This document shows, piece after piece, positions 1 to 10,100 of a stretch of 32,285 bases of DNA. Each line of letters opens with the position of its first letter. The stretch's first letter is position 1. The notes beneath the pieces were generated by a model. It did not search any database, was not told the origin of the DNA, and was given only the letters and a program-made list of their open reading frames with translations. The stretch lies in NCBI GenBank assembly GCA_052055015.1, contig JBQJIT010000085.1; one strand, given 5' to 3'. The DNA is from Malassezia furfur. Taxonomy: Eukaryota. The position numbers were made by a program, and so were the translations under genes.

Positions 1-4
1 CTAC

Positions 5-31
5 TCGCTTCGACGCTGCCTTGGTCGCCAT
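5..31 (-). CDS. Probable first exon of a gene running off the left edge; resembles the N-terminus of Ubc6-type E2 ubiquitin-conjugating enzymes
   Basis: Reverse complement of 1-31 reads ATG GCG ACC AAG GCA GCG TCG AAG CGA|GTAG = MATKAASKR followed by a GTAG donor like others in this window. Yeast Ubc6 begins MATKQAHKRL (from memory). Only 9 codons are visible. Confidence 0.4.
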
Positions 32-96
32 GGTCGGTGCACGATGCACGTGACCCGACCGGACGCGAGACGCGCACCACGACGCGTGCTTTGGCC

Positions 97-1085
97 ATGG
101 CGTTTGGGCAGAAAGGACCGGGTCGGCCACGCGGGCGTCCGCCCAAGGATCCCAACGCGCGGGCATATGCTACCGATGACCGCGCATATACGAAGCGTAA
201 ACTCGACGCCGTGGGCGGCAGCGTGCTTGACCCCGTGCTGGCACGGCAGAGCGTCGACGATGTTGAGGCGGCCCTGCAGCAGGTGCGGTCGCAGTACGAA
301 CAGAACATCGATGAGCGCATCGCACAAGCAACACGAGAGCGCGAAGCAATTCAAGAGCAGTTCGACCGGCTCAAGGAGCTGCGTGTCACCCAGAGCGAAA
401 AGACGCTTGTAGAGTGGAAGCGTGCGAGCGAAGCACGGCTACGACGTACGTGAGTTCACTAATTCCAGACATGACAGAGTCGCTCAATGCTTGGAAACAG
501 CGTGCCGAGCACGCTGAGCACCGGTTGCGCGAGCTCGAGCGCGAGGAAGACGCAGGGCCCAGTGCGCCCGCGCCGAATCGGCGCGTGCAGCAACTGGAAG
601 ACGAGGTTGCGCGGCTCACAGAGAAGCTCGCTACCGCTCGGCGCGAGTGCGATGCAGAGACCAAGCGGGCGGCCGAGCTTGAGCAAATGCCCACACGCGC
701 GACGGACGACGAGCGTGCCGTGCGGCGGCTGTACGAGGATCTCACGGGATTCTTTATTAGCGACGTGGAAGTTTACGATTCGACTCACGATTTGCATCGT
801 TTCCGCTTCCTATTTACGAGCGCGGGGTACCATGGTAGGTGCACTGACTGACAAGCAGACCTACAATTCACGCTGGAGGAGTCACAACTCAAAGTGACCC
901 CGCGTGTGGGCACCGCAGCGGACGTGCGCGACGATCTGGTCTATATTCCTCACTTGGATGAGGTGCGCGATGCGGCCCTACTCGATTCGCCAACGATGCC
1001 AAGCCACTTTTTGGAACAGATTCGGTTCGAGCGAAGCGCTGCGCCGAAATTTCTCACGGCGCTGCAGAAAGGGCTGAAGAAGTGA
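97..1085 (+). CDS. CSM1: Monopolin subunit Csm1/Pcs1-like protein, ~313 aa, with an N-terminal AT-hook
   Basis: Exons 97-445, 469-834, 859-1085; introns 446-468 (23 nt) and 835-858 (24 nt, in-frame stop) join three ORF pieces in frame. Coiled coil, then LYEDLTG...DLVYIPHLD...MPSHFLEQIRF...KFL, typical of the Csm1 globular domain. GRPRGRPPK is an AT-hook. Confidence 0.7.
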
Positions 1086-1141
1086 TGTAGTTCGCTAGAT
1101 CGGCAGTGCCAGGGCCGCATGACCTCGGAGACCACACTATC

Positions 1142-1299
1142 TCCACGGACATCATTTCGAACGCTACCCATTCAGCAGCCCCAGTCTCGCGCAAATTCGA
1201 CCATTGATTGGTCCAATGTGTTGTCAGCGCTAAACGCGTGTGTTTTTTTCCTTGTTGCGGTGCAGGAGTAATTAAGTCGCGCGCATCCGCGGACCTCCG
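1142..1299 (+). promoter_or_regulatory. PDRE-like Zn2Cys6 binding sites upstream of ABC transporter 1
   Basis: TCCACGGA at 1142-1149 (reverse complement of TCCGTGGA) and TCCGCGGA at 1286-1293 match S. cerevisiae Pdr1/Pdr3 response elements. Function is inferred only. Confidence 0.4.
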
Positions 1300-1484
1300 G
1301 CCCTAGTAGACTAAGCGCTGGTTGGACCAAACGTGGAGACCGTATGCGTGAATCCCACGGATATGGCACTTTTGTTATTACTCAGGTGCTCGGACATTAG
1401 GGTGAAACGGGCTCGGCGCCGAATGGTTAGGCCCGCGCATTGACATATAATAACATAGACCTCACCGTTCGATCGTTGCCCTAG

Positions 1485-4400
1485 ATGTCGCTCGACGCCG
1501 CACATGCGACCCCCGTGGAGGGGGTTGCTTTTCACGCGGGGCAAGGCCGACTGCCCGAGCACGAACTGGCATCGGCCATCCCCTCCGCGGGTTACCTGTA
1601 CTCGGGCAGGACGACGTCTGAGTCGACGACGTCGCGCCCCGAGAGCCAAGAGTCGCGCTTTGTTGATGCGCCCAGCCAGCCTCTGGATGCGGCGAACACT
1701 CAGTCCGGTGGTGCTACTGCGCCGATTGCGCAAGATGCGCCCACTGTGCTTCCTTCGTATGCGACCGTCCCGACCGAGGGCGCCGCGGCGCCGCTGCCAT
1801 CCAGCGATGCGCCGCTGGTCCACGAGCACCAATTGTACCCCGTGGATGCATCGCGCTCGAGCGACTCGGGCAAGACGCGCGTAAATGTCGAATCGCTCGA
1901 CCCAGAAGGCGCGCGTGCGCTTTCAGAGCGCCTGGGCAAGGAGCACCAGGAGAGGCAGAAGCACGAAGGCGAGGCCGGTGATCCCGAAAAGCAGACGTGG
2001 AACGAGGGCACCGCCAACCCGTTCGAAACGGACAAAAAGTTTTCGCTTGAAAAGTTCCTGAACGGCTACCTCAGCGAGCTGCAGGAGCGCGACATTATCG
2101 TGCCCAACATGGGCCTCGCGTTCCGCAATCTGAATGTGACCGGCCACGGAAGCGGTGCCAAATTCAACATGACGATCGGCTCCATGTTCACCGCGCCGTT
2201 CCGCATGCTGGTCGACTTCCGCCGCCTGTTCAAGCGGCATGTACGTCACATCCTGTACGATGTGACGGGCTGTGTGAAGCCTGGTGAGATGCTTCTGGTT
2301 CTGGGCCGTCCGGGAAGTGGTAGCACGACGCTGCTCAAGTCGCTTTGTAGCTACCGCGATGGCTACCGCAGCATCGAGGGTGACATTAGCTACGAGGGCT
2401 TTGACTACAAGGCGATTCAAGGCCCGCTGCGTGGTGAAGTGGTATATGCGCCCGAGGACGATGTGCACTTTGCCACCCTCTCGGTCAAGAACACGCTCGA
2501 CTTTGCTGCCGCCGCGCGTGCGCCGCGCCGTGACTACCGTGTGACTGACGATACGAAGGACCCACGCCGTGCCTACATTAAGCAGGCTGTCGAGGTCATT
2601 GCGACGATTCTCGGACTGCGTCATACCTACAACACGGTGGTGGGTGACTCGGTGGTGCGTGGTGTGTCGGGTGGTGAGCGCAAGCGTGTGAGTATCGGCG
2701 AGGTTTTCGCGGCGCACGCGCGTATCATCATGTTTGACAACTCGTCGCGTGGTCTGGACTCGTCGACGGCGTACGAGTTTGGTCAGGCGCTGCGTGTGAC
2801 GACGGACGTGGGTCGTACGACGACGCTATCGAGTATCTACCAGTCGGGCGAGTCGCTGACGAACCTGTTTGACAAGGTGGTGGTGCTGAACAAGGGCCAC
2901 TGTGTGTACTTCGGCCCTGTGGGCAAGGCAGTGGACTACTTCAAGTCGATCGGCTACCTGCCGCACAACCGTCAGGCGACGGCCGACTTCCTGGTGTCGG
3001 TGACCGACCCGATCGGCCGCCGCCTGAACCCCGACTTCCACCAGAAGATCCCGCTATCGCCCGAGGAGCAGGCGGCTGCATTCCGCAGCTCGGAGCTGGG
3101 TCGTGCGAACCAGGCCGAGGTGAATGCGTACATGGCGGAGATGGAGGCGAAGCACTCGCGCGAGTTCTCCAACGAGTACATCAGCACTGTTCGTGGGAAG
3201 CGTACGCGTCGTGCGCGCAAGCACTCCCGCTACATGCTTTCGTGGCCGCAGCAAATTCGCCTGGCGATCAAGCGTCGTGCGCAGATTGCGTGGGGTGACA
3301 TGAACACCACGATGGTCACTTCGGCTGCGTCGCTCTTCCAGGCGCTGATTATTGGTTCCGTGTATTTCCTGATGGCCAAGAACACTGCGGCGCTGTTCTC
3401 GCGCAGTGGTGTGATCTTCTTTGCTCTGCTGTACAACTCGTTCTCGGCCATGGCCGAGGTGCCCAACGGTTACATGCAGCGCCCGGTCGTCATCCGTCAA
3501 CAGCGCTTTGCTATGCTCCACCCGTCGGCAGACTCGCTCGGTAATGTCTTGCTGGACATTCCCATCCGTTCCATTACCATGACCATCTTTGTGGTGGTGC
3601 TTTACTTCATGACAGGTCTGGCTGTCCGTGCGGACAAATTCTTCATCTTCTACTTCACCACGATGCTTCTGACGTTCACCATGGTTACCTTTTTCAGAGC
3701 AGTGACCGCCTGGACGCGTTCCGTTTCGGTTGCGACGATGGTGGCCGGTTTGACGATCATTGACTCGGCGCTATACGCCGGCTATGCGATCCCTCGCCCC
3801 TCCATGGTGATCTGGTGGCGCTGGCTGTCGTACTGCAACCCCATTGCGTTCGGCTTCGAGGTGATGATGATGAACGAGTACCGTGAAGAGTACCTGCCGT
3901 GTGCCCCTGGCCAAATGTTCCCGCCGGTACCTGGCGCGAACCCGGCGAACCAGGTGTGTCCGGTGGCCGGTGCTCAGCCGGGCGAGACGTTGATCGACAC
4001 GTCGCGGTACGCCTACTACCAGTACGGCTACAAATGGTCGAGTGCGCACCGCAACATTGGTATCGTGATTGGCTTTTGGATCTTCTTCATCATCCTCTAC
4101 ATGGTGGGTTCGGAGTTCCAGACCGATCCTTCAGCGACCGGCGGTGTGATGATCTTCAAGCGCGGCTCGGTCAAGCGCGAGCAGCTCGAGCAAACCGTGG
4201 CCGCGGCGCAGAACCCCGGCGTGTCGGACGGCCTCGAGGAGAAGCAGCAGCAGGAGGTTGAGCAGCAGCAGAACCAGGAGGCTCCGGCCGACCCCGAGGA
4301 ACACGGCCAGGGTATCCTCAAGGTCTCGGACGAAGTTTTCAGCTGGGAGCATGTCAATTACGACGTGATGATCAAGGGCGAGTCGCGTCGCCTGCTGAAC

Positions 4401-6365
4401 GACGTATCGGGCTTTGTGGCTCCCGGCAAGATGACTGCGCTGATGGGCGAGAGTGGTGCCGGTAAGACGACACTGCTCAATGTGCTGGCACAGCGCACCG
4501 ACGTCGGTGTGGTCCAAGGCGATTTCATGGTCGACGGCCGTCCTCTGCCGCGCTCGTTCCAGGCGGATACGGGCTACTGTCAGCAGCAGGATGTGCACTT
4601 GGCGCAGACGACGGTGCGTGAGGCGCTGCAATTCTCTGCGCTGCTCCGTCAGTCGCGCGAGACGCCCAAGGAGGAGCGTCTGGCGTACGTGGAGAAGGTG
4701 ATTGAGCTGCTTGAGATGGAGTCGTTTGCCGAGGCGATTGTCGGCGAGGTTCCGGAAGGTCTGAACGTCGAGCAGCGGAAGCGCCTGACGATTGGTGTGG
4801 AGCTGGCGGCGAAGCCGAGTCTGCTGCTCTTCCTGGACGAGCCGACGTCGGGTCTGGATGCGCAGGCGGCGTGGTCGATTGTGCGATTCCTGAAGAAGCT
4901 GGCGAGCGAGGGCCAGGCGATTCTGTGTACGATCCACCAGCCGAGTGGTGAGCTTTTCAACCAGTTTGACCGGCTGCTGCTGCTGCAAAAGGGCGGTAAG
5001 ACGGCTTACTTTGGCGAGCTGGGCAAGAACTCGATGACGCTGATCAACTACTTTGAGGAGCGGAGCGGCATCAAGTGTGGTGACAATGCGAATCCCGCCG
5101 AGTACATCCTGGATGTGATCGGTGCTGGTGCGACGGCAACGACGGACAAGGATTGGTTCCAGCTGTACCGCTCCTCGCCGCTTTACGAGGACATGCAGCA
5201 GGAGCTGAAGAAGATTGCTGCCCGCCGCGAACATGCGAACGAGATTTCCGGCGAGGCGCAGGAGCGCATGAACCGTGAGTATGCACAGCCGTTTGCGGTG
5301 CAGTTCAAGCGTGTGCTGCAACGCATGTTCCTGGCGTACTACCGTGACCCGACGTACATCGCGTCGAAACTGTTCCTTAACCTGTTTGGTGGTCTGTTTA
5401 TCGGCTCGAGTTTCTGGGGTCAAGGCAAGAAGGATTCGTCCAACGCCCTCCAGAACAAACTTTTCGCCATCTTTATGTCGCTCGTGCTGTCGACTTCGCT
5501 GTCGCAGCAGCTGCAGCCCGTGTTCATCAACTACCGCACGCTGTTCGAAGCGCGTGAGAAGCCCTCGAAGCTGTACAGCTGGCCGGTCTTGCTCATCTCG
5601 CTGATCATCGTCGAGATCCCATGGAACTTCCTGGGCGGCACGCTCTTCTGGGTTCCGTGGTACTTCATGGTTCAATTCGGCGCAGAAGGCAATCGCTCAG
5701 GGTACAGTTGGGGTCTCTATATGCTCTTCCAGTTGTACTTCGCGACGTTTGCGCAGGCCATTGCTGCTATCTCGCCCAACTCGCTGATCGCCTCGATTCT
5801 CTTCTCGACCTTCTTCTCGTTCGTCATTGTGTTCTGCGGTGTGGTGCAGCCGCCCACACAGCTGCCCTACTTCTGGCGCAAGTGGATGTACCCCCTGTCT
5901 CCCTTCACGTACATTGTCGAAGGGCAGATGGGCAATGCCATTCACGACAAGCCGGTGCGCTGCACGGAGCGCGAAATGAACACGGTGATCCCGCCCGAGG
6001 GTCAGACCTGCGATTCGTACCTCCAGCCGTTCTCCTACCCGCTCAACGTCACGCCGCCGTCGGACCACGAGAGCGTCGGCTACTATGTCACGAACCCTGA
6101 CAACACGTGCGGGTTCTGCTCGATGCGCCGCGGCGAGGACTACCTGACGAGCATTGAGATGCACTCGCGCTACCGTTTCCGTGACCTGGGTATCCTGTGT
6201 GCCTACATTGGCTTCAACCTGATGCTCGCGTTCGCTCTATACTACCTGTTCCGCGAGCATCGCTGGAAGAAGGCGGCCGTGAAGCCGGCCACCAAGAAGG
6301 GCAAGAAGGGGAAGAAGACCAAGGGTGATGCACAGGAGGCGCAGGGTGCAGTGGAGAATGTGTAA
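1485..6365 (+). CDS. Full-size PDR-type (ABCG) multidrug efflux ABC transporter, Snq2/Pdr-like, 1626 aa, intronless
   Basis: NBD1-TMD1-NBD2-TMD2 order. NBD1: GRPGSGSTT, VSGGERKRVSIGE, FDNSSRGLD. NBD2: GESGAGKTT, LNVEQRKRLTIGVEL, LLFLDEPTSGLD, CTIHQPS, NPAEYIL. Confidence 0.97.
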   Translation: MSLDAAHATPVEGVAFHAGQGRLPEHELASAIPSAGYLYSGRTTSESTTSRPESQESRFVDAPSQPLDAANTQSGGATAPIAQDAPTVLPSYATVPTEGAAAPLPSSDAPLVHEHQLYPVDASRSSDSGKTRVNVESLDPEGARALSERLGKEHQERQKHEGEAGDPEKQTWNEGTANPFETDKKFSLEKFLNGYLSELQERDIIVPNMGLAFRNLNVTGHGSGAKFNMTIGSMFTAPFRMLVDFRRLFKRHVRHILYDVTGCVKPGEMLLVLGRPGSGSTTLLKSLCSYRDGYRSIEGDISYEGFDYKAIQGPLRGEVVYAPEDDVHFATLSVKNTLDFAAAARAPRRDYRVTDDTKDPRRAYIKQAVEVIATILGLRHTYNTVVGDSVVRGVSGGERKRVSIGEVFAAHARIIMFDNSSRGLDSSTAYEFGQALRVTTDVGRTTTLSSIYQSGESLTNLFDKVVVLNKGHCVYFGPVGKAVDYFKSIGYLPHNRQATADFLVSVTDPIGRRLNPDFHQKIPLSPEEQAAAFRSSELGRANQAEVNAYMAEMEAKHSREFSNEYISTVRGKRTRRARKHSRYMLSWPQQIRLAIKRRAQIAWGDMNTTMVTSAASLFQALIIGSVYFLMAKNTAALFSRSGVIFFALLYNSFSAMAEVPNGYMQRPVVIRQQRFAMLHPSADSLGNVLLDIPIRSITMTIFVVVLYFMTGLAVRADKFFIFYFTTMLLTFTMVTFFRAVTAWTRSVSVATMVAGLTIIDSALYAGYAIPRPSMVIWWRWLSYCNPIAFGFEVMMMNEYREEYLPCAPGQMFPPVPGANPANQVCPVAGAQPGETLIDTSRYAYYQYGYKWSSAHRNIGIVIGFWIFFIILYMVGSEFQTDPSATGGVMIFKRGSVKREQLEQTVAAAQNPGVSDGLEEKQQQEVEQQQNQEAPADPEEHGQGILKVSDEVFSWEHVNYDVMIKGESRRLLNDVSGFVAPGKMTALMGESGAGKTTLLNVLAQRTDVGVVQGDFMVDGRPLPRSFQADTGYCQQQDVHLAQTTVREALQFSALLRQSRETPKEERLAYVEKVIELLEMESFAEAIVGEVPEGLNVEQRKRLTIGVELAAKPSLLLFLDEPTSGLDAQAAWSIVRFLKKLASEGQAILCTIHQPSGELFNQFDRLLLLQKGGKTAYFGELGKNSMTLINYFEERSGIKCGDNANPAEYILDVIGAGATATTDKDWFQLYRSSPLYEDMQQELKKIAARREHANEISGEAQERMNREYAQPFAVQFKRVLQRMFLAYYRDPTYIASKLFLNLFGGLFIGSSFWGQGKKDSSNALQNKLFAIFMSLVLSTSLSQQLQPVFINYRTLFEAREKPSKLYSWPVLLISLIIVEIPWNFLGGTLFWVPWYFMVQFGAEGNRSGYSWGLYMLFQLYFATFAQAIAAISPNSLIASILFSTFFSFVIVFCGVVQPPTQLPYFWRKWMYPLSPFTYIVEGQMGNAIHDKPVRCTEREMNTVIPPEGQTCDSYLQPFSYPLNVTPPSDHESVGYYVTNPDNTCGFCSMRRGEDYLTSIEMHSRYRFRDLGILCAYIGFNLMLAFALYYLFREHRWKKAAVKPATKKGKKGKKTKGDAQEAQGAVENV
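4767..5004 (+). repeat. 238-bp tract identical to 10542-10779 (NBD2 of the paralogous ABC gene)
   Basis: Base-by-base comparison gtcgagcagcgg...ggtaagacgg found no mismatch; constant offset 5775. Confidence 0.9.
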
Positions 6366-6837
6366 AGTGTGTACTATGTGTTGCCTGCATATGCAGCCCA
6401 TTTCATAATTTCAGCATTAGCAAAGTTGAACAAGAGATTTACTCTGAAGCACACTTGGTGCATTCTTGTCGGGACTACATTGGTAATGTAGCTTCTTGTA
6501 TACTAGCCCGGGCCTGACCTTGACCGGTCAAAGAATCTCGGCTTGGAGAGAGGTGCCCAAAGGCCTACCCTAAAGCGACTACGGCCCGTTGGTGAGCACA
6601 GCCATGTGTTTTCACATGCTAGCGCCTTAGGCGCGAAGCGCGACCAGGGTCTACATCGCACCTAATTAGCGAGGTTCTCACCGGCGGAGATGCAAGGGGA
6701 AGAACGTGGCACTTATTTGCCCACTGTATGTGGGCGTACGCGCCAATTTGCGGTTGGCCTTGGCATAGGCGCCCAATCTCGACACAGGTACCACCCAGCG
6801 CGCGGTGCAACCGCCGCGCCCTAGGGCCGGCCGAGCG

Positions 6838-6852
6838 ACCGCGGAGGTCCGC
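6838..6852 (+). promoter_or_regulatory. PDRE-like element upstream of ABC transporter 2
   Basis: ACCGCGGAGGTCCGC; shares CCGCGGA-NN-TCCG with 1287-1299 upstream of ABC gene 1. Confidence 0.35.
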
Positions 6853-7112
6853 CTGCCAAGTTTGCCCGATTCCTCGGTTTCACGTTTCCAACGTACGCCG
6901 TGCACGGCAAAATCATCGAACGATCGGGCCAGGCAGCCAATCGCCGTTTTTCGTTGCACGTAGAAGTAAGCGTGCATCCAACATCTACGGGGGAGCGTCA
7001 GCCCACCTATCCAGGCCGGCCGAGAATAACACCTGCGTGGGCGTGCGCTTGGATTTTTTGTGCCTCCAGCGCTCGTACGACGCTGTCCCGACGCTTGGAT
7101 CGCTCGGACGTC

Positions 7113-10100
7113 ATGACGACGAGACGCGACGGGCACGGGTTGGATCCGGCATTCGACCCCTCTCCGCCTGAGCAATACTCGCAGCTCTCCGAGGTCGGCC
7201 AGCTGGGAGAGATTCCTCTGGTGCGACTCGAGGCGCATGCGCGCTCGGAGCAGCCGGGCAACAGTCGTCAATATCATGACATTTATGGCCAACGCTACCC
7301 TGAACGATTCGATGATCGGTTTGACGACAGGAGCATCGGCGGGTACACGCCGCAGACTGCGGCCCGGAGCCATATGAACCTGCTGGGCAACGACTCGACC
7401 GACTTCCTGTCACCCCAACTGGACAAACCGCACACACCGCGACAGACATACACGCCACGGATGGATGTGCATACGCCTTACGGCGAGTATGGCACACCCA
7501 AAGAATACTACAGCTCGTCGAGGCAGTTGTACCGCCCCGATGCTGCCGAGGCCGCAGGGGAGTCGCGTCGGCGACAGCGGCGGAGTCGTAAATCAGTTCC
7601 GATGGACTCGCTCGATCCCGAGGGCGTCCAGGCCTTGAGTCGGCGTCTGTCGAAGCACGTCAGCATGTCGCACCCGTCGTATGCTGCGCCTGCGTTGGGC
7701 CCTCCGGCCTCGGCGCCGCCGCGGGGCATCCTGCGTACACCGATGGAATCCGAGGCCCAGCACGAGACCGAAAAGACGGATGACCACGTCAAACAACTCA
7801 CAGCAGACCCGTTCGACGAGGAGAACAAGTTTGACTTGGCGCAAATGCTGCGACAGGTGTACGCCGAATCGGACCAGCGCGGGAACCTGCGCCGGACGAT
7901 GGGCATTGCATTCCGCGACCTGACGGTGACGGGCGTAGGCTCTGGCGCGGAGCTGAACCCGACGTTTGGCAGTGTCCTGTTGTCACCGCTGCGGATTATC
8001 CCGGGGATCCGTGCAATGATGCATCCCCCGATCAAGACCATCATTCAGGACTTTGAAGGGTGCGTCAAGCCCGGTGAAATGCTCCTAGTGCTGGGTCGCC
8101 CAGGGAGTGGGTGCACGTCTTTCCTCAAGGCGCTCTGTTCGTATCGCGATGGGTTCAAGAGCATCGATGGCACGGTCCTCTACGAAGGTCTCGACCATCG
8201 AAGCATCGACGGCCCGCTGCGAGGCGATGTTGTGTACTCGCCCGAGGACGACGTGCATTTCTCCACGCTGACCGTCGGTCAGACGCTCAACTTTGCCGCG
8301 GCGACGCGCGCGCCGAGTACGCGTTACCGCATCACGCTTCCTGATGCGCCCGATCACCGCCAGCAGTACATTGACTACACGCGCGAAGTGTTAGCCACCA
8401 TCTTGGGTCTGCGGCACACGTACAACACCAAGGTGGGAAACGACATGATCCGTGGTGTGTCGGGTGGTGAGCGCAAGCGTGTGAGCATTGCCGAGACGCT
8501 GGCGACGCGTGCCAAGATCGCCATGTTTGACAACTCGTCGCGTGGTTTGGACTCCTCAACGGCGCTTGAATTTGTCACGGCGCTGCGCATCTCGACCAAC
8601 ATTTCGCTGAGCACGACGCTCGCGAGCATCTACCAGGCTGGTGAGAACATCACCCAGCTCTTTGACAAGGTCGTCGTGCTCAATCAGGGCCGCATGGTGT
8701 ACTTTGGCCCGCTTGCCTATGCTGTGGACCACTTCCGCTCGATCGGCTTTGAGCCGTTGGACCGTCAGACTACGGCCGACTTCCTGGTGGCCTGCACCGA
8801 CTTCCAGGGCCAAAACATCAACCCCCACTTCCGTGGCCCGGTTCCGCGGCTCCCCGACGAGCAGGCGCAGGCGTTCCGCGAGTCGCCGGTCGGCCGCGCG
8901 AACCGTGCCGAGGTGGAGAACTACATTGCGGTGATGATGTCGCGCCAGACGAAGCAAAACGCCAACATGTACGTCGACCTGGCGCGCGACGAACGGGCGA
9001 AGCACACACGCAAAGGGAGCAAGTATTTGCTTTCGTGGCCGATGCAGGTGCGTCTTGCGTTGAAGCGCCGTACGCAGGTCGCGTGGGGTGACATGGGCAC
9101 GCACCTGACGGTGATGATTGCCGCGCTGTTCCAGGCGCTTATCATCGGCTCCGTGTTCTACCAGATGCCGGAAGACACCTCGGGCTTCTTCTCGCGCGGT
9201 GGTGTGCTCTTCTTCTCGCTGCTATACAACAGTTTCACCGGCATGTCGGAAATCTCCCTGGGCTACGAACAGCGCCCAATCGTCATCCGGCAGAAGCGCT
9301 TCGCGATGCTGCATCCCAGTGCCGATGCACTGGGTAACACGTTGCTCGACTTCCCCATCCGCATGGTGTCACTGGTGATCTTTGACGTGGTGGTGTATTT
9401 CCTGACCGGCTTGAGCTACGATGCGAACAAGTTTTTCACCTACTTTGGCATTACGTGCCTGGTGACGTACTGCATGACGGCCTTCTTCCGCATGCTCGCC
9501 GCCTCGACCAAGTCGGAGCCGCTCGCGACGATGTTTGGTGGTGTGGCGGTCCTGGACGTTGCGTTGTACACCGGCTATATGATTCCGCGTGGGTCCATGA
9601 TGCCCTGGTGGCGCTGGCTCTCATACTGGAACCCGGTGGCATTTGGATTCGAGATCCTGCTTGCCAACGAGTACCGCGGGATGCAGTTCCGGTGCCAGCA
9701 GCTTGTACCGTATGGCAATGGCTTCGACGACCGTCCTTTGGCCAACAAGGTGTGCCCTGTAGCGGGCGCTCAGCCGGGCAGCGAATACGTCGATGCGCCG
9801 ACCTACCTCGAGGCCACGTACGGCTTCACGTGGGACCACACTGTGCGCAATGCCATGATCGTACTGGGCTTCTGGGGCTTCTTTATCATCATGTACCTGC
9901 TGGCTTCCGAGAAGCAGATCGACCCCGCGGCGTCGGGCGGTACGATGCTATTCAACCGTGCGACGGCCAAGAAAGCTGTGCACGTGGCAGATACCAACGA
10001 TGTCGAAGCCCAAGACCGCAAGGACACCGCCGAGTACCTCCAAGCACAACAGCAGCAGGAGCACATCGACAGCGTCCCGCATCCCTCGCACCTCAAGGTG

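Noticed and set aside
6500..6835. Short palindromes between the ABC genes (TTGACCGGTCAA 6520-6531, GCCCGGGC, CTAATTAG, CCCTAGGG)
   Set aside because: No extended stem, terminal inverted repeat, target-site duplication or tRNA/snoRNA pattern; cannot be distinguished from chance.
6900..7112. 71-codon upstream extension of ABC gene 2 in the ORF track
   Set aside because: Starts at GTG, unlikely in a fungus; first ATG is 7113. The same applies to non-ATG extensions at 37, 13270, 20147 and 31091.
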